Assembly (NCBI GenBank): GCA_965249475.1
Contig: CBDFMD010000003.1
Span: 1,868,561-1,932,560, forward strand
DNA length: 64,000 bases
Direction of reading: 5' to 3'
Source: Fimbriimonas sp.
GTDB lineage: Bacteria > Armatimonadota > Fimbriimonadia > Fimbriimonadales > Fimbriimonadaceae
Shown here: one piece after another, positions 63,497-64,000 of the stretch
Layout of the letters: every line of letters starts with the position of its first letter
How positions within the stretch are numbered: position 1 is the first letter of the stretch
The notes under the pieces: model-generated
The model's input: the letters and a program-made list of their open reading frames with translations, nothing else
Databases searched by the model: none
What the model was told of the DNA's origin: nothing
Made by a program: the position numbers and the translations under genes

Positions 63497-64000
63497 CGCT
63501 CGGCGCGTTCGTGGACCGGGCGCTCCGGATCAAGGGGAACCGGCTCGCGATCATCGAGGACACCGATCGTCCGGCGCTCCTTAAAGAGGGTTCGGCGGCG
63601 CTCCGCGAGTACTCGGGGATGCTCCGGTCCCTGTGGACGCCGGGGACGGACTTCTCGTATCCCGCCGGCGCGGGCGGGCTCGCGCTCCCCGATCTGGAGC
63701 CGCGCGACGTGTTCCTCCTCGAATCGGGGAACGTGCGCGCGATCGCCGACCTCGACGGTCGCCGGGGGGCGACGAGCGAGTACGCGCTCTCGGAGCGGGC
63801 GTCCGAGCTCCTGAACGGCTCCGGATCGCCGCGGGTGTGGACGGTGGTGCCGCCGGAGTCCATCCGGCTCTACCCCGCCCCGTCCGCGCCGGTCCGGCTC
63901 CGGATCTCGGGATGGCGCCGGCACGCGCCGGTGGCGCTCGAGGGGGACGCGCTGGAGCTCGCCGAGGGGGATGTGGAGGCGGCGGCGCGCTGGATGGCGG
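63493..64000 (+). CDS. Hypothetical phage structural-region protein (3' end beyond the window)
   Basis: ATG at 63493 in an ATGA overlap. MTLGAFVDRALRIKGNRLAIIEDTDRPALLKEG... remains open to the window edge, so it is not in the ORF track. Confidence 0.45.
   Translation, partial: MTLGAFVDRALRIKGNRLAIIEDTDRPALLKEGSAALREYSGMLRSLWTPGTDFSYPAGAGGLALPDLEPRDVFLLESGNVRAIADLDGRRGATSEYALSERASELLNGSGSPRVWTVVPPESIRLYPAPSAPVRLRISGWRRHAPVALEGDALELAEGDVEAAARWMA

Larger units (their letters stand above)
41318..64000. mobile_element. Integrated prophage at tRNA-Arg(TCT); right end lies beyond the window
   Basis: A tyrosine integrase sits 39 nt from the tRNA 3' end. It is followed by xis, an early operon, a CI/Cro switch, RecT, a replication module, TerL, portal, lysis genes, scaffold and capsid. 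Confidence 0.9.

Noticed and set aside
41318-64000. attR / second copy of the tRNA-Arg 3' segment to delimit the prophage
   Set aside because: - No repeat of the tRNA 3' end (…GTTCGAGTCGGGTCGGGGGCG) was noticed in the window.
- The structural module is still running at base 64000, so attR must lie outside the window.

Overview
This is a 64 kb high-GC (roughly 70%) bacterial chromosome segment in two parts.

**Host region (1-41.3 kb).** Ordinary chromosome with housekeeping and envelope genes:
- Metabolism: acyl-CoA dehydrogenase, two aldo/keto reductases, argG, ppdK, glyA, a cysteine-synthase/CBS-like enzyme, and a YitJ-type homocysteine methyltransferase/MTHFR fusion.
- Translation and quality control: rsmG, L31 type B, RqcH, an SRAP peptidase, tRNA-Leu(GAG) and tRNA-Arg(TCT).
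- Envelope and secreted: a BNR/Asp-box protein, a GT2 glycosyltransferase, a giant multi-SLBB polysaccharide export protein, a beta-helix/PA14 protein and a metalloprotease.
- Notable host features:
  - A tandem family of five lipocalin-like small (lipo)proteins, one of them frameshifted.
  - A stand-alone PafA/Dop (Pup-ligase family) gene with no pup or proteasome genes nearby.
  - A seven-gene same-strand cluster containing three Uma2 endonuclease paralogues.

**Prophage (41.3 kb to the right edge, continuing beyond it).** It is integrated at the 3' end of tRNA-Arg(TCT), and its order is:
1. Integrase, excisionase and a translationally coupled early-left operon of mostly orphan genes.
2. A CI(S24)/Cro-like switch with face-to-face promoters.
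3. RecT, a LexA-DBD-only protein, and a replication initiator gene carrying an internal iteron array.
4. A sigma-70-like protein, TerL and a portal.
5. An embedded lysis cassette, then scaffold and major capsid.

**Most interesting signals.**
- An exactly conserved 20-nt element ending in ATG, repeated four times in the late region.
- The candidate origin of replication inside the initiator gene.
- A duplicated helical-hairpin domain pair next to the integrase, which is a candidate anti-defence locus.

**Limits.** All functional calls come from reading the translated ORFs and motifs by eye. No database search was run. Many long Arg/Pro/Gly-rich ORFs in the track are antisense or off-frame shadows of real genes and were ignored.
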